A DNA stretch of 45,719 nucleotides, from assembly GCA_028873075.1 (NCBI GenBank), contig JAGWND010000002.1, forward strand, positions 1-45,719, read 5' to 3'. Positions 9,401 through 17,997 of this stretch are shown piece by piece. The position numbers and the translations under genes were made by a program. The stretch comes from Bacteroidota bacterium (GTDB lineage Bacteria > Bacteroidota > Ignavibacteria > UBA10030 > UBA8401). The stretch's first letter is position 1. Every line of letters starts with the position of its first letter. Under the pieces are notes generated by a model. The model searched no databases and was not told the DNA's origin. It saw nothing but the letters and a program-made list of their open reading frames with translations.

Positions 9401-9726
9401 ACGCGAAAAGCGATATGGCAAATATTGCCGTGGTGCCGAACCCGTACGTCGGCGCCGCTTCGTGGGAGCCGAAGACGACTTCGGTGGGAAGAGGCGACAG
9501 GCTCGTCTATTTCATTCATCTTCCGAAGGATTGCACGATCCGGATTTACACCATCAGCGGGCATCTTGTGCAGACGCTCGAGCATCACAGCACACTTGAC
9601 GACGGGCAGGAACCGTGGAATCTTGTTTCGCGCGACGGAATGGACATTGCCTTTGGCGTGTACGCTTTTCATGTTGACGCGCCGGGCATCGGTGCGACGA
9701 TCGGAAAATTCGCGGTGATAAAATGA
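6463..9726 (+). CDS. Large secreted Ca-binding surface protein (thrombospondin-type-3-like Asp repeats, FN3 domain, variant T9SS-like C-terminal beta-sandwich); function unknown
   Basis: The likely start is ATG 6463, which gives the signal peptide MFSQIKNLSFTVVIALAFSYLASHSLFSQ. The track ORF extends to 6394 through the intergenic repeat. Motifs: DNDHDGLTDERRDND and DDVGSDGIGPFDEGYTGPDADGTEGNGKPDQGEPN acidic repeats; FN3-like KPTIKAIAGDHKVTLYWDD...YRVYRS; C-terminal VVPNPY...CTIRIYTISGHLVQTLEH...GVYAFHVDA...GKFAVIK. Confidence 0.7.
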   Translation: MFSQIKNLSFTVVIALAFSYLASHSLFSQTRIVDKNRGNHNETKKGLMDGNLVSTIYYNFGEIADWQNDPSRSGVWPKGTNHTYVDGVAVIVQAETKDPQGNIIHPLETNYYEYTRADPSTKVTYGWWPLPGYANRFQSSVAQSTEPGTWPDHWPDEPGAWDGKWNGFFGKGVQNADLESYFVFDDNEDREYILKNHFFPDADDTTRGGLGMQVHGRGFQWSQVLAEDVIFWHYEITNMGTTDYAKTLFAQYVDWGIGGHDNSSNNAGDYNQDLNLSYAWSTVSFGSPGNWSPVGYAGYAFLESPGIADDHIDNDHDGLTDERRDNDAKVFITDPLKDPFLVDVQQDTARFHAFYGYSWKPHWDADENCNWRSYTDLNHNGKWDPGEPLNDDVGSDGIGPFDEGYTGPDADGTEGNGKPDQGEPNFGILDKDESDQLGLTGFLISAVHYPVDLNNDEENWKLFSGLPQPHGQSLVGVNLANRFSSYLFHLNGRNTYGMTTGQVQQTGETERFSMALIFGMNTDDLFRRKKTVQQIYNANYRFAKPPDKPTIKAIAGDHKVTLYWDDRAEKTFDAFYQKYNFEGYRVYRSTEPNFLEDKIITDAYGSPTYRTPIAQFDLVDGIEGLHPIGVNGAYFYLGDDSGLQHSFVDTTVQNGQTYYYAVCAYDQGYTTTTVEGTFEGIPPSETTSIIKVDANGRVKTDINTAVVTPHAPAAGYIAPMSKMDSISGPGTGSVSVSLLDPDSLRNHQYRLSFEDSTAYHTNLHPWYRLVDRTSGDTLVGLTQLESNAAQTSVFNGFAVNINNDAAIAVDQKKTSWVKGNSNYVVIVGFDSRFASAYTGRRVIYPADFEITFTGKFQGDTSLSTNSFVPVGIPSNIVVKNTTENIDHVRFTFYDENNDSLFDAGDAIFIMVGDSAGKQASSFSKGKATWSMTLIQDTLIPADEQKPPQPGEVYHLSTTKPFRTGEYFDFTTQAPSFNETNAKSDMANIAVVPNPYVGAASWEPKTTSVGRGDRLVYFIHLPKDCTIRIYTISGHLVQTLEHHSTLDDGQEPWNLVSRDGMDIAFGVYAFHVDAPGIGATIGKFAVIK

Positions 9727-10904
9727 TGGCTGTGACGGAGTTGAATATCATGGTCAACAAATTGAATGCGGTCAGGTGCAAAGAGTGGTTCAAGGTTCTA
9801 GGTTCTAGGGTAAGGTTGTTGGAAAATTCCTTGTACGTGAACCGTGAACCTTTAACCGTTATCTCTTCGTCTCTGCGTGCTTGCGGGAGGATTTTTCTTC
9901 TTATCGCGCTACTGTTCTTCTGTGCGGATGACAGCCCTGCCCAGAATGTTTCAAAAGTTGGTACAACCGCAGCGGCATTTCTTGAAATTCCGGTTGGACC
10001 GACAGCGATTGGGATGGGAGGTGCTTTCGTGAGTGTGGCAAACGACTTTTCGGCGCTTTACTGGAATGCCGCCGGCATTGCGTCCGCACAGGAAAATCAA
10101 TTCGGTATTTCTCACACGGACTGGATCGCCGACACGCGGTTCGATTTTGCCGGGCTTATTCTTCCCGTCAGTGGATTCGGTACGGTCGGCTTTAGCCTCA
10201 CATCGCTGTCAATGGGAGATATGAAGGTGCGGACAGTTGAGCAGCCGGAAGGGACGGGGGAATATTTCAGTGCGGGCGACCTTGCTGCCGGAGTTTCGTA
10301 CGCGCGTGCGCTCACCGATCGGTTTGCAATCGGCTTTACGGGAAAGTATATTCAACAAAGTATCTGGCATGAGAGCGCAAGCGCGTTTGCGATTGATGCC
10401 GGAACGACATTCAAGACAGATCTGTTCGGCGGAATGACAATCGGCGCGTCGCTCTCAAATTTCGGCACGAGCATGAAAATGAGCGGACGCGATGCCCGCG
10501 AGTTTATCCGTGTCGATCCGACGAAGCAAGGCTCGAACGATCAAATTCCAACAGATATTGAATACGACTCGTGGGATTTGCCGCTTTTGTTTCAGATTGG
10601 GGTCTCGACGAATGTGCTGAAGGACGAGAATTATCGCTGGACGGTCGCGATGGATGCACTTCATCCCAGCGACAATTACGAGAGCATCAATGTCGGAACG
10701 GAGTTTGCTTTCCGAGATTTTGTTTATTTCCGAGGCGGGTATCAGTCTCTTTTCCTCGACCAGGGCGAAGCAGGGTTATGCTTCGGGGTCGGAATGAATT
10801 CGAGCATGGTGAACAGCTCGGTTCTTGTCCGATTCGATTACGCGTACCAGAGCATGGGAAGATTGGAAAATGTCCATGTGTTTTCGCTTGGACTCAATTT
10901 TTGA
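9723..10904 (+). CDS. PorV/PorQ-family outer-membrane beta-barrel protein
   Basis: N-terminal signature VGTTAAAFLEIPVGPTAIGMGGAFVSVANDFSALYWNAAGIA is typical of PorV/PorQ (T9SS-associated) barrels. The sequence ends in ...VFSLGLNF. The start is uncertain: the first ~38 codons of the track ORF run through an intergenic-type repeat. In-frame TTG 9831 or GVG-position GTG 9837 would give a normal signal peptide (...RIFLLIALLFFCADDSPAQ). Confidence 0.75.
   Translation: MMAVTELNIMVNKLNAVRCKEWFKVLGSRVRLLENSLYVNREPLTVISSSLRACGRIFLLIALLFFCADDSPAQNVSKVGTTAAAFLEIPVGPTAIGMGGAFVSVANDFSALYWNAAGIASAQENQFGISHTDWIADTRFDFAGLILPVSGFGTVGFSLTSLSMGDMKVRTVEQPEGTGEYFSAGDLAAGVSYARALTDRFAIGFTGKYIQQSIWHESASAFAIDAGTTFKTDLFGGMTIGASLSNFGTSMKMSGRDAREFIRVDPTKQGSNDQIPTDIEYDSWDLPLLFQIGVSTNVLKDENYRWTVAMDALHPSDNYESINVGTEFAFRDFVYFRGGYQSLFLDQGEAGLCFGVGMNSSMVNSSVLVRFDYAYQSMGRLENVHVFSLGLNF
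9785..9856. repeat. Short dispersed GGTTC-type repeat, copy b
   Basis: GGTTCAAGGTTCTAGGTTCTAGG ... GTGAACCGTGAACC. The 12-mer GGTTCAAGGTTC (9787-9798) and GAACCGTGAACC (9839-9850) form an 11/12 inverted repeat. Confidence 0.45.
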
Positions 10905-10929
10905 ACAGAGATTCAACGGACGATGAACG

Positions 10930-12534
10930 ATGACTGCGTATGGAAGCAGGCGGTGCAAGGGGATTGCTTTTCTTTTCTTTTTTTTTGTTGTGGCAACACC
11001 ATGCCTTGCGCAAGTCGTTAAACTTCCCAAAGAAAACTCTTTTACCGATTCCAACAATTCGATTACCGTTGCACGCGTCGGTCCTCTTTCGATCAGCGCG
11101 GAAGAATTTTTGCTCAGTTATGATTTCGGTCCTGCGTTTCCGAAAAGGGAAAAAAACTCGAAAAAGCGTTATTTGAATTATATGATCAATGAAAAGCTCC
11201 TTGCGCTGGACGGATATTCCGGGAATGTGCAAAAGAGCCGCGCGGTGAAACAGGCGCTCGCCGAGTTGAAAGGCGATTTCGCAACGGAAGAATTGTACAA
11301 AGATGATGTCCTTGGCAAAGTCAAAGTGACAAACGAAGATATAGCGGCGGGGATGAAAGAAGATCGACTTCATCTTTCCGTGCGGTGGATTTTTTCACCG
11401 ACAAAAGAAGAAATTCTACGTCAGCGCACTCTTATTGCCAGCGGCGTATCGTTCGATTCGCTGTTTCGCGATCAGTTGAACGATAGGGTGACTACCGCTG
11501 ATCGCTCGATGGAGACAACGTTGTTCAAACTGGAGATGAAGAATTCTGTTTTTGCCCAGGCGGTCGCTTCGCTTTCCGTGAACAGTGTCTCGCAGCCTCT
11601 TCACGGTCCCGACGGCTGGTATCTTGTGAAGATAAGCGATGTGTGGATGAATCCGATCGTTACGAAGGGCGATGAAATGAAAATGAGCGAAGACGTTAAA
11701 GGGGCATTGGTGCAGCACCGCGCAGACAGCTTGTCGGACCTCTATGTGCGGACCGTGATGATGTCCGAGTCTCCGGTGATCGTCCGTACAACATTCGGTC
11801 TTGTCTTAGCACATCTCGGGAAAATTCTTTTACCGGAAAAAGTTTTTTCTCAGTCGAATTTTATGGATCATGTGATTGCGCAGCGAGGGCCTGTTGATGT
11901 TGCAAAGATTGACCGGTTTGGGCATGAAGCGTTGGTGCAGCTGAAACACGGCTCACTTTCTCTCAACTCCTTTCTCGAGTGGTATGACGCGCGCGAAGCC
12001 AATTTGAAACCGGACATCCTCTCGCCGCAGAAATTTTTTTCCTGGCTCGAATCAATGGTATGGCGAATGGTGCGCGACCGCCTGCTGACGGCGCGCGCGC
12101 TGAAACGAGGATTGCAGGAACGGCCGGTTGTGCAGCAGCAACTGCAATGGTGGGAAGAGAAACTGGTGTACAATCTTGTGAAAAACGGCATCTCAGATTC
12201 GATACAAACGAACGACAGTGTTCTCTACACCTACTATGAAAAAAATCCGCGAAGTTTTCGTGATGGAAAAGGGAAGGAGATCTCTTTTCACGATGCGAAG
12301 GATGACGTCCTCCGGCAATATTATTCGGCAGAAATGACTGCACGAATGCTGCACCGAATTCTGAAATTGAAGCAAGAGTACAAGATCACGATCAACGATA
12401 AAGCTCTCGATTCGTTGCCCGTTGACACTCAAAACGACCCGCGTGCGATCGACATGTACGCCGTGAAAAAAGGAGGAACATTTCCGCATCCGGCATTTCC
12501 TTCCATTGACTACGATTGGGCATCGTGGGAATGA
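10930..12534 (+). CDS. SurA/PpiD-like periplasmic peptidyl-prolyl isomerase (degenerate parvulin domain)
   Basis: Signal peptide (FFFFVVATPCLAQ). SurA-N-like region (SISAEEFLLSYDF...YLNYMINEKLLALDG). Parvulin-like segment (LHLSVRWIF...SVSQPLHGPDGWYLVKISDV). Confidence 0.6.
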   Translation: MTAYGSRRCKGIAFLFFFFVVATPCLAQVVKLPKENSFTDSNNSITVARVGPLSISAEEFLLSYDFGPAFPKREKNSKKRYLNYMINEKLLALDGYSGNVQKSRAVKQALAELKGDFATEELYKDDVLGKVKVTNEDIAAGMKEDRLHLSVRWIFSPTKEEILRQRTLIASGVSFDSLFRDQLNDRVTTADRSMETTLFKLEMKNSVFAQAVASLSVNSVSQPLHGPDGWYLVKISDVWMNPIVTKGDEMKMSEDVKGALVQHRADSLSDLYVRTVMMSESPVIVRTTFGLVLAHLGKILLPEKVFSQSNFMDHVIAQRGPVDVAKIDRFGHEALVQLKHGSLSLNSFLEWYDAREANLKPDILSPQKFFSWLESMVWRMVRDRLLTARALKRGLQERPVVQQQLQWWEEKLVYNLVKNGISDSIQTNDSVLYTYYEKNPRSFRDGKGKEISFHDAKDDVLRQYYSAEMTARMLHRILKLKQEYKITINDKALDSLPVDTQNDPRAIDMYAVKKGGTFPHPAFPSIDYDWASWE

Positions 12535-13841
12535 AATGCGTTCGTCCATATTGTGCGTTCGTTGTCGTCATGCTCACGTTTGCGGGCGGGTGCGCGAATA
12601 AAAATCAGACGACGACCGATTCCGGAACCCGCGCAGTGCAGCTGACATATTGGCCCGCGCCGAACCCGGAAGAAATTCAGTTGGCAGACACTCTGGTACG
12701 GCGGTGGAATCTCCTGCATCCTGATATTCAGGTACTTATGCAGCCTATTCCTGTCAGTCAATCAACGGAAGAAGTGTTACTTGCGGCGATCGCCGGCAAA
12801 ACCACGCCGGATATCTGCTCGAATATTTGGCCCGGTGCGCTGCACGATTATACTCAAGCGGGCGGGTTGGTCGAGCTGAGCAAATTTCCCGATTTCGATT
12901 CCGTCATGGCGGCGCGAACCCCGCGCGACTTGCTGGAAACGTTCAGCACAGACGGAAAATATTTTCAGGTTCCGTGGAAGGCAAATCCCGTGATGATGTT
13001 TTACAACGTCGGAATGTTTAAGGAAGCCGGCGTTGATTCTGTACCGCGCACATATTCTGAATATTTCGCAGCGGCAAAAAGAGTTACGCGCGACACAAGC
13101 GGTGACGGACAAATTGATGTGTGGATGGGGGAACGGGACATTCGCCCGATTTGGTGGCAGCGCCTGTTCGATTTTTTTCCGTTCTACATCGCAGCTTCAA
13201 ACGGGCAGACTCTGTTGAGAAACGGTACTGTTGCATTTGACAATCGTTATGCCGCTGAAGTGATGGGATTTTTTCAGGAATGTTACGCGAAGCAATATTT
13301 TCCGCATACCTTTTTTCAAGGGGGCGATCCCTTTTTATTGCAGAAGAAGGCGACGAATTTTTCCGGACCGTGGTTCATAGCAACGATTCACAAACTTGCA
13401 CCGTATCTTCGCTTTGGTGTTGCGCCGCTGCCTGTGCCTGATGATCATGTCGGGCCGGTATACACGTACGGCAATTATAAAAATATCGCGATCTTCAGCA
13501 CAACACAACACCCGAAAGAAGCATGGGAGTTTGTCAAATACCTGATCAGCGCGCGGCACGATCTTTTGCTGTTGAAAATTGCGAACCAACTGCCTGTGCG
13601 GGGTGATTTGCTGACGAACAAGCTGTTTGCCGGATATTTCCGAGAAAATCCGCTGATGCTCAAATTCGCGGAAGAAGTCCCGTACACCCGCGGCGACGAT
13701 CCGGCACCCGACCTCAAAGAGATTCTTGACGGCATCTCACAGGAATACGAGGCGTGCGCGGTGTACAGCAAAAAAACGCCGGATGAAGCAATCCACGATG
13801 CCGCAGAGCGCACGAAACTTATTGTTGATTGGAATAAATGA
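12531..13841 (+). CDS. ABC transporter extracellular solute-binding lipoprotein (family 1, carbohydrate type)
   Basis: ATG 12531 overlaps the upstream stop (ATGA). Lipobox LTFAGGC. Typical SBP_bac_1 features are present (LTYWPAPNPEE...LLAAIAGKTTPDI...VPWKANPVMMFYN). Confidence 0.85.
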   Translation: MKCVRPYCAFVVVMLTFAGGCANKNQTTTDSGTRAVQLTYWPAPNPEEIQLADTLVRRWNLLHPDIQVLMQPIPVSQSTEEVLLAAIAGKTTPDICSNIWPGALHDYTQAGGLVELSKFPDFDSVMAARTPRDLLETFSTDGKYFQVPWKANPVMMFYNVGMFKEAGVDSVPRTYSEYFAAAKRVTRDTSGDGQIDVWMGERDIRPIWWQRLFDFFPFYIAASNGQTLLRNGTVAFDNRYAAEVMGFFQECYAKQYFPHTFFQGGDPFLLQKKATNFSGPWFIATIHKLAPYLRFGVAPLPVPDDHVGPVYTYGNYKNIAIFSTTQHPKEAWEFVKYLISARHDLLLLKIANQLPVRGDLLTNKLFAGYFRENPLMLKFAEEVPYTRGDDPAPDLKEILDGISQEYEACAVYSKKTPDEAIHDAAERTKLIVDWNK

Positions 13842-14731
13842 AAAGCACGTTCAACATTCGGCAAGCACTGAGGCAGAGCGATAAAACCGGTTTCTGGTTT
13901 GTGTCGCCGTACGCAATTTTTTTCCTCCTTTTCGTTGCCTATCCGCTTCTCTTTTCATTCATTCTTGTCTTCAACCGGTGGAATATTGTCACGCCGATGG
14001 AGTGGGTCGGACTGCGGAATTTTGACCGACTTTTCCGCGACCCGCTGTTCTTTAAATCGATCGTCAACACACTGGTATTTCTTTTGATTCACATTCCGCT
14101 TCAAATTTCTGTCGCGCTGGGACTGTCGCTGCTTCTCAATTCAAAAATAAAATTCCGCGGATTTTTCCGCGCGGTTTATTTTTTGCCGGTTGTCGTTTCC
14201 GGTGTTGTTGTCACAATTCTGTGGCAGCAGATGTATTCGTTCGACGACGGGGTGCTGAATCGCTTACTCGTTTCCGTCGGGCTTTCACGGGTCCCGTGGA
14301 TCGTTGATCCGTCGTACGCAATGCCTTCGATCGCGATTATGGCGACATGGAAAAATGTCGGCATTTATATCGTGCTGTTCCTTGTCGGTCTACAGGGAAT
14401 CCCTCACGAGTTGTACGAATCGTCGGACATTGACGGCGCCAGTACCCGCCAGCAGTTTTGGAAAATCACGCTGCCACTGCTGAATCCAACGATCATCGTT
14501 ATTGTTGTCCTTTCGACGATCGGCGGATTTTCGTTATTCATCGAACCCTATGTCTTGACCGGCGGCGGTCCGATGCAGAGCACGCTTTCCGCAATGTTGT
14601 ACATTTACAACCAAGCATTTTATTTCGGACACATGGGATACGCGGCGGCGTTAGGCTTTGTGTTTGCACTGATCATTTTGTTAGTAGTGCTGCTTCAAAG
14701 AAAACTGATTGAATCGGAGCCGACCGCGTGA
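13838..14731 (+). CDS. Carbohydrate ABC transporter permease (MalF/UgpA-like)
   Basis: Six predicted TM segments. EAA loop ESSDIDGASTRQQFWKITLPLLNP. The start overlaps the upstream stop. Confidence 0.9.
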   Translation: MKSTFNIRQALRQSDKTGFWFVSPYAIFFLLFVAYPLLFSFILVFNRWNIVTPMEWVGLRNFDRLFRDPLFFKSIVNTLVFLLIHIPLQISVALGLSLLLNSKIKFRGFFRAVYFLPVVVSGVVVTILWQQMYSFDDGVLNRLLVSVGLSRVPWIVDPSYAMPSIAIMATWKNVGIYIVLFLVGLQGIPHELYESSDIDGASTRQQFWKITLPLLNPTIIVIVVLSTIGGFSLFIEPYVLTGGGPMQSTLSAMLYIYNQAFYFGHMGYAAALGFVFALIILLVVLLQRKLIESEPTA

Positions 14732-15537
14732 AGACGGCGTTCAAATATTTAATGTTGTCTGCGGGCGCGATTGTTTTTGCCTACCCGTTTCTCTGGATGA
14801 TCTCCGGCTCGCTGAAGCCCGAACTGGAGATCGGCGGTTTGGGATTGTGGTCATCCCATCTCACGCTTGCCGCGTACAAAAATGTTTTCACGAAAATTCC
14901 GATCGCAAGAGCATTCCTCAATAGCTGCCTCGTGTCGTTTTCGGTGACGGCATTGGTCGTTGTGTTCGGATCAATCGTCGGATATGCACTGGCAAGGCTG
15001 CAGTTCCTCGGACGCCGTGCACTGTACGTGCTGATTCTTTTCACGATGATGATACCGTTTCAGATCACGCTCATTCCGCAGTATGTGTTGATGGTGAAGC
15101 TGGGGCTTGTTGATACGTATTTCTCGCTGATTATGCCTACGATGATGAGCGGGTTCAGCATCATCTTGTTCCGGCAATTTTTTATGAGCGTGCCGCAGGC
15201 GCTGATTGACGCCGCGCGCCTCGACGGTTGTTCTGATGTGAGAATTCTTTTTAGACTGATCTGGCCCCTGTCGCGGCCGGTGATTATCACGGTTGCAATT
15301 CTCACATTTATGACGAGCTGGAACGACATTCTCTGGCCGTTGATCGTCGTGCGCAATCAGTCGTTGATGACGATGCCGCAGTTAGTGACGATCTTCGTTA
15401 TCGGTGGACAGGCGGAAGCGCAGCTTGGTTCTCTTCTTGCGGCGGCGACGTTGCTGGCGCTTCCGGTGATTGTTGCCTATGCCTTCTTCCAAAAATATTT
15501 TATCGAGAGCATGGCATCAACGGGATTGAAAGGGTAA
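14728..15537 (+). CDS. Carbohydrate ABC transporter permease (MalG/UgpE-like)
   Basis: The GTG start overlaps the upstream stop. EAA loop DAARLDGCSDVRILFRLIWPLSRP. Confidence 0.9.
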   Translation: MKTAFKYLMLSAGAIVFAYPFLWMISGSLKPELEIGGLGLWSSHLTLAAYKNVFTKIPIARAFLNSCLVSFSVTALVVVFGSIVGYALARLQFLGRRALYVLILFTMMIPFQITLIPQYVLMVKLGLVDTYFSLIMPTMMSGFSIILFRQFFMSVPQALIDAARLDGCSDVRILFRLIWPLSRPVIITVAILTFMTSWNDILWPLIVVRNQSLMTMPQLVTIFVIGGQAEAQLGSLLAAATLLALPVIVAYAFFQKYFIESMASTGLKG

Positions 15538-15592
15538 GCGGTTCGAGTTTCGAGTTTTGCGGTACAAATCACAGACCGTAAGCCTCAGAACG
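15538..15592. repeat. Short dispersed GGTTCGAG/GTTTCGAG-type repeat, copy c
   Basis: GCGGTTCGAGTTTCGAGTTTTGCGG...AATCACAGACC. It is inverted relative to copy a. The two share the 13-mer GTTTCGAGTTTTG and AATCACA. Confidence 0.5.
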
Positions 15593-15660
15593 TTTTTTAG
15601 AAAATATTCTTGGCTGTAAAGAATGAGTCGAGATTGTAGAGAGGAAATGTTAAAAGTACT

Positions 15661-17952
15661 ATGGAATACCCGTCGTACAGTTATCCGGTTGACGCGTTAA
15701 AAACAGGATCCAGTTTAGGGAATCGTTTTGCATTTGCGTTGCTCAACGCTGAAACAAATCTCAAAGGATTATGGTCTTCTGCTGATAATCAATATTATGC
15801 AGGCGAGTGGAATGTTGACATCGTGTCGAACGGGCAGCCGCTCACGCCGGCAACGACAACATTTTTCCCCGAATCTCAACATACGGCTCTGCACTCAGGT
15901 AATGTCACGGCTGAGAAGCAATTTTTCCTCCCGTTTCTGCCAGACGGAAAGCCGAATGATTGTCAGGTCGGAGTCTTTCATCTTCATTGCACAAATTCTT
16001 CCGACCATGATATCGAACTCACGATTCGTCATGTGGTAACTTTTCCTGCCGTTGCTTCCGAATTGTTTACGAAGAAGCCGCCGGTGGAGCAAATGCAGAA
16101 AAAAATTTCCGTTCATCCGCGGGGGCGGCATTGCGAGATTGTGACGGAAGGACGGCCTCGGGAAGCGCGTGTCTTTGGTTCCGTATTTCAATTCAGGTCT
16201 GTTTCTCACGATGAACGTACATTACAGGCTGAATATACATTCACGCTTCGCCCAAAAGATTATTTATTTGCACCGTTCGTTCTTTCGTTTTCGCCGGAAG
16301 GCGTTGAAAGTGCGCTTCATGGATTTCTCGATTCACACGACGACGAGGAGCTGCTTGAACGAAGCATTCATCATTACAAAGAACTTCTTTCGCATGCGCT
16401 CGTCGTCACGCCTGAGCCTGTAATCAACCGCGGCTTGCAGTGGGCGAAAGTGAATATGGCGCGCGTGCTGCATCAGTATGCTGTCGGTGAAGGATTCACC
16501 AACGATCCTCCGCAGGATATTGTCGTGATTCGCGATCTTGCGTGGTTTGTGCTCGGCGCCGATTATCTTCTGCCGGATTCGTCGCAACGTCTCCTAGAGC
16601 TTGCCGAGAAGTACGCTTATCACGAGAACGGAAAACTGACAGAATTCATTCATGCGAACCAGAATCCACCGGAGCAGCACGACTACAAGCTTAACATCAA
16701 CGATGATACGCCGTTGTTTGTCTATGCACAGTATCATCACGCACTTCTGTGCAGCGATGATGCTTTGCGCCATGCCTATCCGTTGATGAAGCGTGCCTGT
16801 GATTATATTCTTTCGCAGATTAAAGACGGACTCGTTTGGTGCACAGCGGCGGGAACAAATGTCTGGGGGATTTGCAGCTGGCGCAATATCGTTGATGGCT
16901 ACACATTATCCGGTGCTGTCACTGAAATTAACGCAGAGAGCGTTTTTGCGCTGGCATGCACCGCTGAAATTGCTTCACGTCTCGGCATGGCTTCAGACGC
17001 GCAGTTGTATGAAAGTGCTGCTGGAGCGTTAAAGAAAAACATCAACACAACGCTCGTTTCCGAGGAAACCGGTTTGTATCTGTTGAACATTGATCTTGAC
17101 GGCGTTCGCCATCATGACATCACCGGCGATTTGATCTTCCCGGTGTTGTTCAACGTTGCTGATGGGGCGATGCGCGCACGCATTTTTTCCACATTGCTTG
17201 ACGCGGGAATGTGGACGCCTTTCGGTTCGCGGACTGTGAACGAGCGGGAAAAGAATTTTGATCCAGCATTCGGTTATCAACTTGTTGGCGGCGTGTGGCC
17301 GAACTTAATGGCGTGGATTGCAATGTGTGTGCGTCAGGATTCGCCGGAGAAACTTGTTGAGGGGATGAAGAATATTTACCAACTGAGCGAAGTTAAACGG
17401 CCGGTCGAGTATGAGAATGTCGTGCCGGGAGAATTTCCTGAGCGTTTGCATGGAGAGCATTACAAAAGTTTGGGCATGTCCATGAGCCCATGGATGCCGC
17501 CGACGTACTTGTGGGTCGGCGTTGAAGGGCTGCTTGGCGTTAAGCCGCTGCTAAACGGATTGGAATTGAATCCGGCATTGCCGTCCGGCTGGAAATGGAT
17601 TGCCGTGCGCGATGTGCCGTACAGGGGTTCGAAGTTCAGCGCTCTATTTCTCCGCCGGGAAAACGGCGGACAAGCTGACGGTGTTCTCTATACGACCGAA
17701 CCTGTACATTCCCGTTTCCCTGTTACAGTGTGCGATCCTTGCGAGACATCATCGGATACTGAAGGAAGTTTTACAGTAGGGTTTCAAACAGAAAACGAAG
17801 TACTGATTTTTGCTGCTGCAACTTCTTCCGCTGAGGGCAAGGTGGAGTACACATTTAATGGTCTTAAGAATAAAAAACATGTTCGTCTGCAAAACGGCGA
17901 AGGAGTAATTATTCACGTACCGATTCCTGTTGAGATCGGAAAACAAAAGTAG
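15661..17952 (+). CDS. Cytoplasmic (alpha/alpha)6 six-hairpin glycosidase-like protein (GDE_C / amylo-alpha-1,6-glucosidase-like)
   Basis: No signal peptide. The C-terminal half shows the pattern seen in GDE_C/GH63-like toroids (SWRNIVDGYTLSGAVTEINAESVFAL; LLDAGMWTPFGSRTVNE...GGVWPNLMAWIAM). The family assignment is by eye only. Confidence 0.5.
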   Translation: MEYPSYSYPVDALKTGSSLGNRFAFALLNAETNLKGLWSSADNQYYAGEWNVDIVSNGQPLTPATTTFFPESQHTALHSGNVTAEKQFFLPFLPDGKPNDCQVGVFHLHCTNSSDHDIELTIRHVVTFPAVASELFTKKPPVEQMQKKISVHPRGRHCEIVTEGRPREARVFGSVFQFRSVSHDERTLQAEYTFTLRPKDYLFAPFVLSFSPEGVESALHGFLDSHDDEELLERSIHHYKELLSHALVVTPEPVINRGLQWAKVNMARVLHQYAVGEGFTNDPPQDIVVIRDLAWFVLGADYLLPDSSQRLLELAEKYAYHENGKLTEFIHANQNPPEQHDYKLNINDDTPLFVYAQYHHALLCSDDALRHAYPLMKRACDYILSQIKDGLVWCTAAGTNVWGICSWRNIVDGYTLSGAVTEINAESVFALACTAEIASRLGMASDAQLYESAAGALKKNINTTLVSEETGLYLLNIDLDGVRHHDITGDLIFPVLFNVADGAMRARIFSTLLDAGMWTPFGSRTVNEREKNFDPAFGYQLVGGVWPNLMAWIAMCVRQDSPEKLVEGMKNIYQLSEVKRPVEYENVVPGEFPERLHGEHYKSLGMSMSPWMPPTYLWVGVEGLLGVKPLLNGLELNPALPSGWKWIAVRDVPYRGSKFSALFLRRENGGQADGVLYTTEPVHSRFPVTVCDPCETSSDTEGSFTVGFQTENEVLIFAAATSSAEGKVEYTFNGLKNKKHVRLQNGEGVIIHVPIPVEIGKQK

Positions 17953-17975
17953 GGCGAAGCGCCGTTTCGCCCTAC
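17949..17975. repeat. REP-like 10-bp stem-loop spanning the stop codon
   Basis: GTAGGGCGAA-gcgccgt-TTCGCCCTAC forms a perfect stem. No U-tract follows. Confidence 0.5.
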
Positions 17976-17997
17976 ACCGATCAGTTATGGAATAAAT

